This document shows positions 1 to 10,337 of a stretch of 64,000 bases of DNA, piece after piece. Below the pieces are notes generated by a model. The model had not been told where the DNA came from and searched no databases. It saw only the letters and a list, made by a program, of their open reading frames with translations. This stretch comes from an uncultured Armatimonadetes bacterium (lineage in GTDB: Bacteria > Armatimonadota > UBA5829 > DTJY01), in assembly GCA_963717145.1 (NCBI GenBank), contig OY970325.1, forward strand, positions 736,001 through 800,000. The letters are read 5' to 3'. Position numbers and translations under genes: made by a program. Positions within the stretch are counted from its first letter, which is position 1. Each line of letters begins with the position of its first letter.

Positions 1-1823
1 GGCGGCTTCAGCGCTGAAGCCAGGTCTATGAACCCCTCCATGTCGCTCCCACGGATGACCGGCACGATCGCCGCGTATTTCGAGAGCGCCGCATACAGGG
101 CGTTCGTCGCCTGGAAATCTGACTGCTTCCCGGTTGCTGCTAAGTCGATCGCGGGAAGAAGCGCGTCGAGGTCCGCTATTTGCGCCCAATGACCGGGCGA
201 CTGAGCGTCGGAGGCAAGGTCCAGCGACACGGAGCAGATGCCTTCCGGACGCACGGCCTTGAACTCCGCGCTGACGTCGGTGATCAGACCTGTCAGCTTC
301 CCGCGCCGGAACTTGTCCCAGGCGGCCTGTGCCTCCAGGTCGGACGGCGTCCGTATGCTTTGCGGGTCGAGGTCGATGGGATCGAGCTGGTTCGCGCGGA
401 TCATCTCCTTGCGCACCTCGATCGTGTAGCCGAACGGTATCGACATATCCCGTCCGTTCACGACGAACGGCTCTCCCTGCGGATACTCCAGCCGGTCGAG
501 ACAGATGCCGGCGACAGCGTAGTTCGATGCGATCTCCCTCGCGATGGCCTTGACCAGTCTCGAGGTCTGCGACGATGCGGGGCACAGATACACGCTTTCC
601 TCGGTCGGAGGCAGAGGAGGCGTCTCCTCTCCGACGTCCGGCTTGAGAGTGTTCAACTCGGCCCGCTGCCATTTCTCTTGCTCTGAGAAGGATCGATCCA
701 GAAGGTTGCGATCCTGCACGATGGAGTACCTCGCGGCTTGAGGGGCCGGATGTGTCGAATCGCCCCAGAGGGTTGTGTCGAGAACCGCATGTACCTTCAT
801 GCCGAGCTTCCCGGCGGCCCCTATGATCTGCTTCAGGCGGTCGGGACCGGATGGCGTTTCATCGGGATGCAGGACCTTGCTCGGATAGATCGTCTGACCG
901 GCGCTCAGTACCGGGACGAAAAGGTTGTTGAATTGGCGATCTTTCGCCGTCCTGAGCAACGTCGTAAGGTCGCCTGATTCTCCGCCGGTCAGCCATATGC
1001 CCTCCAGATTGCCCTTGAGCGCGCTCTTCTTTGGCGTCTCCTCGGCCTGGGAGGTCGGGGTGTCGATCTTCACGGGTTTGGCCGGCGTCGGCTCGGCCGG
1101 CTTCGGTGCGGGAATGGTGAGCGGCTTCTCGACGACGAACGGTCCCTGTGGCGAGTCGATCACCATGGCCGCGCTGAGTCTGACGGCGAGGTCCGGCGAC
1201 TCTCGGACGAGGATGTCCGTCGGCGCACCGGCGGTCGTTCGAAATCCTCCGGCGCGCAGTGCCTGGTTCAGCCACGCGATCTGCGGAGGCGTCATCGTGA
1301 AGACGGAGAGCGTATTCCCGTATGCGATCTGCTCCCTCTGCAGCGGAGTCAATTCCCATTCCGGGTCGAACGCCGGCGGGAACGGCATCGTGTCGTAGAG
1401 CCATTGCTGGACACCCGTCTCGGTAGTCGCCGCCAACTCGGACTTCCGTGCCTCCTGATAGCGTTCCTTCCACCGCACAACGGCGGTTCCGCGCGCGTCC
1501 TCAGTGAGGAAGAACATGTCGTCGACCAGCCGCCACTGCAGGCCGGTGATCTCCTCGATGCAGGTCATCACGGTCTCAAGCTTCGTCGAGCTGATCTGGA
1601 TTGTGGTGGCCACATCTGCGAACCGGCGGTCGGCGAAGAACTCGGCGGAGGTCTGGCGCTCGAGCCGCCTGCACACGTCCTTGAGCGCGATGCTCCGAGC
1701 CGACAAGGACACATTGGCGATCATGAGCGGATCCGCCCGCCAATCCAGTTCCGCCTTCCGATCCGCACGAGCCGCAATCGACAGCGAGATGACCACCAGG
1801 ATGAGAAGGATGACTCTCCGCAT
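1..1823 (-). CDS. Secreted protein: N-terminal secretin-N0/STN-like domain, Pro-rich linker, GHL10 (YddW/DigH-like) glycoside hydrolase-like barrel; runs off the window start
   Basis: Hand-translated open frame absent from the ORF track: MRRVILLILVVISLSIAARA signal peptide; ...EGIWLTGG...FNNLFVPV...GQTIYPSK...DRLKQII...LGMKVHAV...YLCPAS...NYAVAGICLDRLEYP follows the GHL10 motif order. Confidence 0.7.
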   Translation of the reverse strand, partial: MRRVILLILVVISLSIAARADRKAELDWRADPLMIANVSLSARSIALKDVCRRLERQTSAEFFADRRFADVATTIQISSTKLETVMTCIEEITGLQWRLVDDMFFLTEDARGTAVVRWKERYQEARKSELAATTETGVQQWLYDTMPFPPAFDPEWELTPLQREQIAYGNTLSVFTMTPPQIAWLNQALRAGGFRTTAGAPTDILVRESPDLAVRLSAAMVIDSPQGPFVVEKPLTIPAPKPAEPTPAKPVKIDTPTSQAEETPKKSALKGNLEGIWLTGGESGDLTTLLRTAKDRQFNNLFVPVLSAGQTIYPSKVLHPDETPSGPDRLKQIIGAAGKLGMKVHAVLDTTLWGDSTHPAPQAARYSIVQDRNLLDRSFSEQEKWQRAELNTLKPDVGEETPPLPPTEESVYLCPASSQTSRLVKAIAREIASNYAVAGICLDRLEYPQGEPFVVNGRDMSIPFGYTIEVRKEMIRANQLDPIDLDPQSIRTPSDLEAQAAWDKFRRGKLTGLITDVSAEFKAVRPEGICSVSLDLASDAQSPGHWAQIADLDALLPAIDLAATGKQSDFQATNALYAALSKYAAIVPVIRGSDMEGFIDLASALKP

Positions 1824-1828
1824 TTCGC

Positions 1829-2479
1829 TCACCTCGCTTCCTTTCCCTTGAGCGCGACATATGGCAGCGAGTCGAGCCGGAAACTGAACCCATCTCCGCC
1901 CGTGGTCTTCGGGACGACGACCAGCGGCATCACCCGGAACGCGACCGACACCTGCTCCGGCTTCGGGAGCGTCAGAGTGCCGGACGGCATCAGCATCGCC
2001 TTGATGATCTCCTGCTGAGCGGATGTCAACTCGGCATAGGGCAGGGGCATCCCTCTCGAGACGAGGAAGAGCTGCAGGTCATCGAGCGACGCAAGCAGCG
2101 AAGTCATTCCCTCGTCCGGGGTGAGGTCCTTCTTAGGTGGTGGCTGTAGATCAGCCGGAGTGACCGGCTTCTTGAACACCACGACGGTGGTTTCGATGTG
2201 CCAGGAAAGGCCGCTGATCTTCCCGAGCGCGTTCAGGACCTCCCTGAGCGGCTCCTGAGTCCACAAGGCGGTCAGGCCGCTCGTCGGCTCGGCCGGGGAC
2301 GCGATGTCGATCCCGGAGAGTTGGGCGATCGCTAAGACGGCATCCGACATGGATGAGTCGTCGAGCGTGAGGTCGATCTCGGAGTCGAGCTTGGAAAGGT
2401 CGAATCCGGCCAGGCATACCACCGGCATCGAGAGACAGATCACGGCGAGAACCAGTCGGCTGAACGCGGGCAGTCTCAA
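1829..2479 (-). CDS. Secreted hypothetical protein with secretin-N0/STN-like domain
   Basis: Signal peptide, then LDSEIDLTLDDSSMSDAVLAIAQLSGIDI...PLREVLNALGKISGLSWHIE; directly upstream of the GHL10 gene. Confidence 0.65.
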   Translation of the reverse strand: MRLPAFSRLVLAVICLSMPVVCLAGFDLSKLDSEIDLTLDDSSMSDAVLAIAQLSGIDIASPAEPTSGLTALWTQEPLREVLNALGKISGLSWHIETTVVVFKKPVTPADLQPPPKKDLTPDEGMTSLLASLDDLQLFLVSRGMPLPYAELTSAQQEIIKAMLMPSGTLTLPKPEQVSVAFRVMPLVVVPKTTGGDGFSFRLDSLPYVALKGKEAR

Positions 2480-2587
2480 AGTTTCACTCCTCCGTCGCAG
2501 GGATAGTCAGCGCCAAAGGTATTATGCCCGATCAGGGGGTTGGTATCCACCGCCATTCTACCACGCCCGCGCCCGCTTGGCAACAGA

Positions 2588-2707
2588 AAACCTCCCCGGA
2601 ACCCCACCCCAGCCCTCCCCGCAACGGAGAGGGAGCACCCCCGCTAGTACGAGAGGTGACCCCCTCTCCGTTGCGGGGAGGGCTGGGGTGGGGTTCCGGG
2701 GAGGTTT
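2588..2707. repeat. Perfect 46-bp inverted repeat with 28-nt spacer (palindromic MITE-like element)
   Basis: aaacctccccggaaccccaccccagccctccccgcaacggagaggg (2588-2633) is the exact reverse complement of 2662-2707. Confidence 0.9.
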
Positions 2708-2738
2708 CAGGGGACGACCGGGGAACATACTCAGAGAT

Positions 2739-3500
2739 ATGAGATGCCTGGCGCTTGATACGACGACTGACATAAGCAGTATCGCGATCACCGACGGCCC
2801 GGAGGTTCTGGCGGAGTACAACTTCCTCCACCGGATGGACCTCTCACAGCGGTTGATGCCGAGCATCGTCGGCCTGCTGAAGGACTGCAAGCTCGAGATG
2901 AGCGACCTGCAGGCAGTGGGGGTATCCCTCGGCCCGGGATCGTTCACCGGCCTCCGGATCGGCGTCGTGACCGCGAAGACGCTCGCCCAGACGCTCGGCA
3001 TCCCCATCGCCGGGATCGTCACCCTCGACCTCCTCGCGCATCAGTTCGACTACCTGCCCGACGCGCTCGTTTGCCCGCTCATCAAGGTCCGCAAGGGCGA
3101 GGTCTACCACGCCCTCTACCGCACGACCGGCGGCGGCATCGAGCGCCTCACCGAGTACGAGGCAGGTCCCATCGGAGACGTGTGGGAGTGTGGGAGTGTG
3201 GGAGTGTGGGAGACCGGAACTCCCTCGCCCTGTGAGGGAGAGGGTTGGGGTGAGGGTGGACCGCCGTCGATCTTCTTCTGCGGAGACGCAGTCCAGGCCA
3301 ACCTCTCCGCCTTGAGAGAGGGGCTCGCCGACCGAGTGATCCGGACGCCCCAGTGGCTCTCATACCCAAAGGCGTCGATCCTGGGCCGGCTCGGGGTCGA
3401 GAAGATCGAAGCGGGCGAAGCATCCGACCCGCTCGCGCTCGTCCCGTTCTACATCCGCCGCTCAGCACCCGAGATGCGCCTTGCCGACTCCTGCGAGTGA
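2739..3500 (+). CDS. tsaB: tRNA t6A biosynthesis protein TsaB, with an in-frame repeat-derived insertion
   Basis: MRCLALDTTT start, GVSLGPGSFTGLRIGV motif, C-terminal LVPFYIRRSAPE. Confidence 0.93.
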   Translation: MRCLALDTTTDISSIAITDGPEVLAEYNFLHRMDLSQRLMPSIVGLLKDCKLEMSDLQAVGVSLGPGSFTGLRIGVVTAKTLAQTLGIPIAGIVTLDLLAHQFDYLPDALVCPLIKVRKGEVYHALYRTTGGGIERLTEYEAGPIGDVWECGSVGVWETGTPSPCEGEGWGEGGPPSIFFCGDAVQANLSALREGLADRVIRTPQWLSYPKASILGRLGVEKIEAGEASDPLALVPFYIRRSAPEMRLADSCE

Positions 3501-3606
3501 TCTGTTTTTTCCTGTTGACGCAAGGCTGCTGTTATAGTACTCTGGCGTAAACAGCACGGTGCACAGCTTGCCTGCTGGTTTCCCCAGACCAAATGGAGGA
3601 GTCCCG

Positions 3607-5782
3607 ATGTATCACCGGTTGATCGCTGTACTCATCTGCTTTATCCTCATCCTGGCGTGCGGATTCGCACTCTGCGCCCCCGTCAAGACAGAGCCCCCGA
3701 AACCGATCCCGAACGGCCCCGAGTGTTACACTCAGGCAAAGTTGGACGAGGCGCTTGCGAAGGTTCACTATCGCACGATCGTCGAGGCCTACCGCAAAGT
3801 GGGTATCCACGATCCCAAGTGGGACGACAAGGCGGTGAGCTTCCTGGAGGGCTATGCCGAGCATATCGGTCAGAAGCAGGAAGCGTCGCTGACCGATCAG
3901 TTGCTCAAGAACGGCGAGGAACTGCTCGCCCTGGGGTGCACCGATCCGATGGTGTTGTACGCCTATGCCAGCGAATTGCAGTTGAAAGGCACTTTCAGTA
4001 AGGCGGGAACATACTTCTGGGAAGCGATGGACGGCTTTAAGCACCACAAATACCCCAAGGTCCGAATGCGGCTTGCTCCGTTGGGGATACTCAAAGTTCA
4101 CAAGGCTCAGCGAGTCAGCGATTCGGCGGATCCCACATATCTGGAGCTGTTTCGCAAGTGGAACATCGAAATGCTGACAGATGGTAGTTTCCTCCCCGGG
4201 GAGGAGCGGATCGCTCTGGGGCTGCTGTTCCAGCCGCTGGAGGAATTCCCATACCCGGACGAGATGGGGCTCTATGAGGCGGTGAAGCAGCAGCCGAGCG
4301 TGGATACCTATATCGTCGATATGGTGGGCGGTCGGTGCCATGTAGGTCAAGGCTGGGACGAGCGTGGAACCGGGTGGGCAAACAGTGTTACCGACGAGGG
4401 CTGGAAAGGCTTGGAGGAGAACCTGCGAGCGGCCCATAGACTCCTGGTAGCTGCCTGGAAGCTTCACCCGGAATACCCTGAGGCTCCGACCGCGTTGATC
4501 GGTGTAGCTCTCGGTGGTCATGCCGCTGCGAGGGAGACCCCCAGGTTGTGGTTCGATCGCGCAGTGGCGGCCCAGATGGACTACCCGCCAGCGTACTCTC
4601 AGTACACATGGTCTATATACCCGAGATGGGGTGGCAGCCACAAGCAGATGTACGATTTCGGGGTCGAATGTCTCAAGACAGGCCGTTTCGATACGGGAGT
4701 GCCATGGCGCTTCTACTCGAATCTGAACAGGATCGTGAGCGATTACGACGGCGAGCGTATCTATTGGCGAAAGCCTGAAACTGCAGAATACGTCAAGCAG
4801 TTTTGTGACGGATATGAGAAGTCCGGCCTTTACGGCAGTCCCGAGCGACTGAAGACCATAAAGGGTGTCCTTCTCTACAAGTGCGGATCCTGCGAAGAGG
4901 CAAAGCGTGTGCTCGATGAACTCGGCGAACACGCGGACAAACTCGTGCCGCCGGATTTCGTCGGGATGCCCATTGAGCGGGTCCGAGAGGAGGTCGATGT
5001 ACTCGCTGTCGAGCCTGGAAAGGGACTGCTCATGGCCACGAAGCTGTATGACGATGGGAAGATTGCGGAGGCACTGGCGGTCTGCAGGGAGGTCGCGGCG
5101 AAATACGGTGACAATGAGAAGCCCCCATCGGTTGTTCGCAAGTGGTCCGGCATACTGAGCGTCGAGAACGGCTTGCAGAAGAAAGGGTGGGTGGACCTCC
5201 TGCCCGACGGGGACCCCTCAGGCTGGGCGGTGCGCAACGGGGAGTCGGCGACCGAGAGCGACGGAAGCGTCAAGTTGTCTGCTGTCCCTGACCGGGCAAT
5301 AGCGTCCCTGACATGTAGTGCCAGCCTTGGGGGCCACATTGAGTTGAAGGGAGAGTTGGACTTTGTTTCGCCGTTGGATTCCCCGGTCTTTGTCTACGTG
5401 CAGTTCCGTAGTTTATGGAGAACGATGAGTATCATATTCCACAAAGGCAAGGAGCAGGTGACAATCGACAGCAGCACATCGTCGTGGAGAAACACGGTGA
5501 CCAGACCCGATGATCGAGATGCACAACACCTTCGCCATTCGGTATTGGGATGGAAAGGTAACAGTGGAACTCAATGGCAAGGCACTCCCGGGGTGTTACG
5601 CGGGCAAACCCGACTCAGACGAGGTGCAGGACCCATCTCCCGATGAGCGAATGGCCCTCACGATCCTCACAACGGGTTTGAAGGAGAAGGCTGTGGTGAA
5701 GGTCAGCAAACTCCAGGTTCGCACGCTCAGCGTTCTGCCGAAGGAGATGGAGAAGGTGTCTGAGACGGGGAAACCCATGTAG
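3607..5782 (+). CDS. Secreted DUF4034-like helical/TPR protein with C-terminal beta-sandwich domain; frameshift near 5505
   Basis: GGAGGA RBS then ATG 3607; signal peptide; GWDERGTGWA and YPRWGGSHKQMYDFG motifs; C-terminus continues in ORF 5510-5782. Confidence 0.6.
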
Positions 5783-5855
5783 GGAGCGGGTGGGCGGATG
5801 GGTCCTCCTTTTCCGTGTGCTTCTGTGTTTCCGTGTTCTACCTGGCATGAAAAGT

Positions 5856-5918
5856 TTGTGAAAAAATGCACTAGCGTGTCCGGAACCGGTTGACAGGAGG
5901 GAGCGCCTGTTGTATCAT
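5856..5918 (+). promoter_or_regulatory. sigma70-type promoter of serA with upstream CRP/Rex-like palindrome
   Basis: TTGACA(5890)-17 nt-TATCAT(5913); TTGTGAAAAAATGCACTA at 5856-5873. Confidence 0.6.
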
Positions 5919-6006
5919 TCACGCAAGCAGAATGCTTTTTCACCAGCCTGCCCGGGGCGGGCTGCCCAAGCTGCATCACTAAACCAAGCGGAAGGATGGG
6001 TGACTA

Positions 6007-7595
6007 ATGCCGAAGGTACTGGTTAGCGACCCAATTGCTAAGGAAGGGATCGAGATTCTCCGGAAGTACTTCGACGTCGACGTCAAGACCGGGATGGAGA
6101 AGGACCAACTCATCGCGTGTATCGGTGAGTACGACGCTCTGGCGGTTCGAAGCGAGACCAAGGTCACGGCGGATGTCCTGGAGGCCGCGAAGAACCTCAA
6201 GATCATCGGCCGAGCAGGCGTCGGGGTCGACAACATCGACGTGCCGGTTGCGACCCAGAAGGGCATCATAGTCGTCAACTCGCCGGCGGGCAACACCATC
6301 GCCGCCGCGGAGTTGACCATGGCGATGATGCTTTCCATGTCGCGGAACATCACTCAAGGCCACAATTCGCTCCGGGCCGGCGAGTGGAAGAGAAGCAAGT
6401 TTGTCGGCGTGGAACTCTATGGCAAGACGCTCGGTGTCTTCGGCCTCGGTAAGATCGGTTCGGAGGTCGCGAAGAGAGCGAAGAGCTTCGAGATGAACGT
6501 AATCGGATGCGACCCATTCGTATCCGACGACTATGCGAAGAGGCTCGGAATCGAACTGGTCAGCTTCGAGGACCTCCTGAAACGCAGCGACTACATAACG
6601 CTCCACGTCCCCGCGAACAAAGACACCAAGGGCTCGATCAACGCTGAACAGATCGCCATGATGAAGGACGGCGTGCGGATCGTCAATGTCGCGCGGGGCG
6701 GGATCATCGACGAGGCCGCGCTGTCGGAGGCCGTCAAGTCCGGCAAGGTTGCGGGCATCGCAATCGACGTATACTCCGCCGAGCCTCCCCCGCGGACAAC
6801 CCGCTCCTCTCGCTCGACAATGCAGTCACCACCCCGCACCTCGGGGCTTCGACCGAAGAGGCCCAGGTGAACGTTGCCATAGACATTTCCGAGCAGATCG
6901 TCGAAGTGCTGAACGGCAGGCCCGCCCGCAGCGCGGTCAACATGCCCGCACTGAGCGCCGAGGTGATGGCGGCGGTCAGCCCGTATCTCGTCCTCGGTGA
7001 GCGGGTCGGCGCGATGGTGACCCAGTTGGCGGAGGGACCCATCGAGGCGGTCGAGATCGCTTACTGCGGCGAAGTTTCCGCGTTGGAGACCGGCCCGGTC
7101 GGGCGCGCGGTGCTGAAAGGACTCTTCCAGCCGATCCTGACCGAGGCGGTCAACCTGGTCAATGCCCCGGTGATCGCCGAAGCGAGAGGCATCCGCGTGA
7201 CCGAGAGCAAGACGAAGGACTGCGAGGACTACACGAGTCTGCTCTCGGTAAAGGCCAAGGTCGGAAAGAACGAGGTCGTTGTCGCCGGCACGCTTTTCGG
7301 CAAGAAGGACATCCGGATCGTACATATCAACGGCTACTCGATCGACATCGTGCCCGCCGGTGCGATGCTTGTCACCACGCACATCGACAAGCCGGGCATC
7401 ATCGGGCGAGTTGGCACTCTCCTGGGCAGCCACAAGGTGAACATCGGCGGCATGCACGTCGGTCGCGAGGGTATCGGCAAGCTGGCGTTGATGCTCCTGA
7501 ACGTGGATGAGCCTGTGTCGGATGGTCTGGTCAAGGAGATCCACGACATGGACGGCATCGAGAGCGCCAAGCAGGTGCAGTTCGCCCAGATCTAG
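6007..7595 (+). CDS. serA: D-3-phosphoglycerate dehydrogenase (long form, ASB + ACT domains); -1 indel in C-run near 6790
   Basis: IIGRAGVGVDNID, GLGKIG, NVARGGIIDE; second ORF has the ACT domain DKPGIIGRVGTLLG; adding one C restores EPPPADNPLL...TPHLGAST. Confidence 0.93.
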
Positions 7596-7691
7596 CCGAC
7601 AGGATCACCCGTGAGAGGCAGATAGCATGCGAGTCATGGCCCATCGGATTCCGCTCGAACCGGAACGATGGGCCGTTTCTTTCTGGTGACC

Positions 7692-7756
7692 GTAGTGGCC
7701 GTGCCTCAGCGCCAGACCTCCGAGGTAGCTGGCCGGCACTGAGGCACGGCCACTAC
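7692..7756. repeat. 65-bp GTAG-headed REP doublet, family A copy 1
   Basis: gtagtggccgtgcctc...gaggcacggccactac; further copies at 18797, 48757, 56584. Confidence 0.9.
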
Positions 7757-7770
7757 ACGGCGAGTGATCG

Positions 7771-7838
7771 GTAGGGGAGAAGCATTGGCCCATCGGACTG
7801 CACCAATCTGCGGCAGCAGCAGCCAATGGTTCGCCCCG
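7771..7838. repeat. GTAGGGG-headed palindrome, family B (degenerate)
   Basis: gtaggggagaagcattggc...gccaatggttcgcccc; related to 17718-17786. Confidence 0.65.
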
Positions 7839-7845
7839 TTTGGGT

Positions 7846-8862
7846 ATGAATAGGAGTACGACCGTGGATTTGACGAATCGAGAACGATTTCGGCGAGTGC
7901 TGAACTTCGAGCCTGTCGATCGGCTGCCGGTCATGGAGTGGGCGCCGTGGTGGGACAAGACCATCGCCCGATGGTACGAGGAGGGCCTTCCCAGGGACAT
8001 CACCGACGGCTACATGATCCGCGAGTACTTTGGGATGGACCGGCATGTCCAGTTCTGGTTCTCGCCGATGAAGCCGGGATGCCCCCGCGCGCCCGGACAC
8101 GGCCTGCCGATCGTGAACAACATCGACGAGTACCGTGCGGTCAAGCAGCACCTCTACCCCGATTGTCCTTTCGACCCGGCGCAGATCAAGTCGTTGGCCG
8201 AGAAGCAGGCGTCCGGCGACCTGGTGATCTGGATCACGATCGACGGCTTTTTCTGGTGGCCGCGCGTGCTCTTGGGGATCGAGCCGCACCTCTACGCCTT
8301 CTACGACCAGCCGGAACTTATGCATGAGATCAATGAGGACCTGCTGGCTTTTGAGCAGCGCACGATGGACCAGATCTGCGAGATCTGCGTGCCCGACTTC
8401 ATGACCTTCGCTGAGGACATGTCTTACAATCACGGGCCGATGCTCTCCCGCGTGCAGTTCGATGAGTTCCTTGCGCCGTACTACCGCCGGATCACATACT
8501 CGCTCCAGGATCGGGGGACTATCGTCTACCTCGACACCGACGGCGACGTGACCAAGCCGGTGAGCTGGTACGAGGAGGTCGGCATCCAGGGCTTCCTGCC
8601 GCTCGAACGGATGGCGGGAGTCGATGTCAACCAGCTCAGACGGGACCATCCGACGCTCAGGATGCTTGGGGCATACGATAAGACCGTCATGCACCTGGGC
8701 GAGGAGCGCATCCGACAGGAGTTCGAGCGCCTCATGCCCGCGATGAAGCAGGGCGGGTTCATCGTGTCGGTCGATCACCAGACGCCGCCGGAGGTCTCGC
8801 TCGACCAGTACCGCCAGTGGCTCGGTCTCCTGCGCGAATACTGCGAGAAAGCGGTAACGTAA
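7846..8862 (+). CDS. Uroporphyrinogen decarboxylase (URO-D/MtaA-like) family protein
   Basis: TNRERFRRVLNFEPVDRLP, FAEDMSYNHGPMLS, DTDGD, GGFIVSVDHQTPPEVS; start codon uncertain. Confidence 0.85.
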   Translation: MNRSTTVDLTNRERFRRVLNFEPVDRLPVMEWAPWWDKTIARWYEEGLPRDITDGYMIREYFGMDRHVQFWFSPMKPGCPRAPGHGLPIVNNIDEYRAVKQHLYPDCPFDPAQIKSLAEKQASGDLVIWITIDGFFWWPRVLLGIEPHLYAFYDQPELMHEINEDLLAFEQRTMDQICEICVPDFMTFAEDMSYNHGPMLSRVQFDEFLAPYYRRITYSLQDRGTIVYLDTDGDVTKPVSWYEEVGIQGFLPLERMAGVDVNQLRRDHPTLRMLGAYDKTVMHLGEERIRQEFERLMPAMKQGGFIVSVDHQTPPEVSLDQYRQWLGLLREYCEKAVT

Positions 8863-8863
8863 A

Positions 8864-10312
8864 ATGGCCCATTTCACCCATCGCTCGTGCTACGTGAACT
8901 TCGCCGAACACCTGCAGAACCACTGGAACCCGAACATGTACTACCCCGGCGCGCCGAACCGCTGGTCGATGGATGACTGGACGCGTTTCCTCAAGATGCT
9001 CGATGCGTTCGGCTTCAACTGCTTCGAGTACTGGCTCGTCCCGACGCTCTACGACCGCCCGGTGCTCGACGGCGGCGGAATCTACGCCGAGTTCGCCTCC
9101 ACAATGCGCCGGGTCAATGAGATCGCGCACGAACTGGGCATGAAGACCAAGATCATCAACCCGCCGAACACCATCGGCCCGGACTGGTTCTTCGCCTGCC
9201 CGAATGTCCCCGAGGAAAGAAAGCTGATCCTCGACATCTGGCGGCACTGGATGACCGAATTGGCCGGCACGGACATCATCGGCATCTTCCCCGGCGACCC
9301 CGGAGGATGCAATCGGTTCGGCTGCACACACGAGACATACATCGACCTCTGCCTCGACCTGACCGAGATCGTCAAAGAGGTGAATTCTCACGCGCGGACG
9401 GAGATCGGTACGTGGGGCACACCGTTCTCCGGATGGGGCAAGGACCTGTGGAACGTCCCGAACTGGGACGGCACGTGGGACATGCTGGTCGAGGCGAAGA
9501 ATGCCACGCCCGAGACGCCGGTCGCCATCTGGAACGGGAAGCCTCCGCGCGCAAAGGCGGCGATGGAATTCCTCATCAAGCGCCTCCCCGACTTCCCGAA
9601 GGACACGATGGTGGCGATCAACCTCGGCTTCAGCCCCGATGGTGACGCCACTTATGGAGGCGACGCGCGCCCGTATGCCCGCGAGATAGCGAAGGTCAGG
9701 CCGATCACTACGTGGGACTACTCGGCCGCCGAGGGTGAACTGATCAACTACCCGCACTGGCGGCTTCCCAGAATGGCATCTCGTCGGCGTGAGGAGCGCG
9801 CGTGCGGCTACTCCGGCGGGATGTCGTACACGATGACGCCGAAGCTCAACCTGCTGAGCCATTATGCCGCCGGTCGGTTCTTCATCGACCCTGACGCCGA
9901 CCCGGACGCGGTCTCGAAGGAGTTTTGCGTCAAGGTATTCGGCAAGGAACATGCCGAGATGGGCGAGCTTTTCGAGGCGTTCGAGGTCGTGCAGGGGTGG
10001 GGGCACTATCCCCGACGCAAGTGGTCGAAGGATGCGCTCATCGAGAAGTACGACCTGATGATCGAGCACCTGGAGGCCGCGGACATGTCGAAGTGCGCGC
10101 TCCCGCTCTTCCCCGACCCGGAGACCTACCGCCAGGACCTGCTCTGGTTCGGGCGCAGGTTCCGCGAGATGGCTGGCCCGAATCCGGACCGCGAGCGCAT
10201 TCGGAAGGAGTACTGGGAGAAGTCGCTCTCGATCTACGACTCGATCCGCATGTCCGTCGACGAGCGAGCCCACGCCGCCGCCCAGGGTTTCTCCCAGATC
10301 CTTTCCACCTGA
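8864..10312 (+). CDS. Hypothetical protein, possible glycoside hydrolase-like TIM barrel
   Basis: 482-aa ORF with host-like codon usage, 1 nt after the previous stop; WSMDDWTRFLKMLDAFGFN and IFPGDPGGC segments. Confidence 0.7.
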   Translation: MAHFTHRSCYVNFAEHLQNHWNPNMYYPGAPNRWSMDDWTRFLKMLDAFGFNCFEYWLVPTLYDRPVLDGGGIYAEFASTMRRVNEIAHELGMKTKIINPPNTIGPDWFFACPNVPEERKLILDIWRHWMTELAGTDIIGIFPGDPGGCNRFGCTHETYIDLCLDLTEIVKEVNSHARTEIGTWGTPFSGWGKDLWNVPNWDGTWDMLVEAKNATPETPVAIWNGKPPRAKAAMEFLIKRLPDFPKDTMVAINLGFSPDGDATYGGDARPYAREIAKVRPITTWDYSAAEGELINYPHWRLPRMASRRREERACGYSGGMSYTMTPKLNLLSHYAAGRFFIDPDADPDAVSKEFCVKVFGKEHAEMGELFEAFEVVQGWGHYPRRKWSKDALIEKYDLMIEHLEAADMSKCALPLFPDPETYRQDLLWFGRRFREMAGPNPDRERIRKEYWEKSLSIYDSIRMSVDERAHAAAQGFSQILST

Positions 10313-10337
10313 TCATACTCGTACTCGGAGGATCGAA

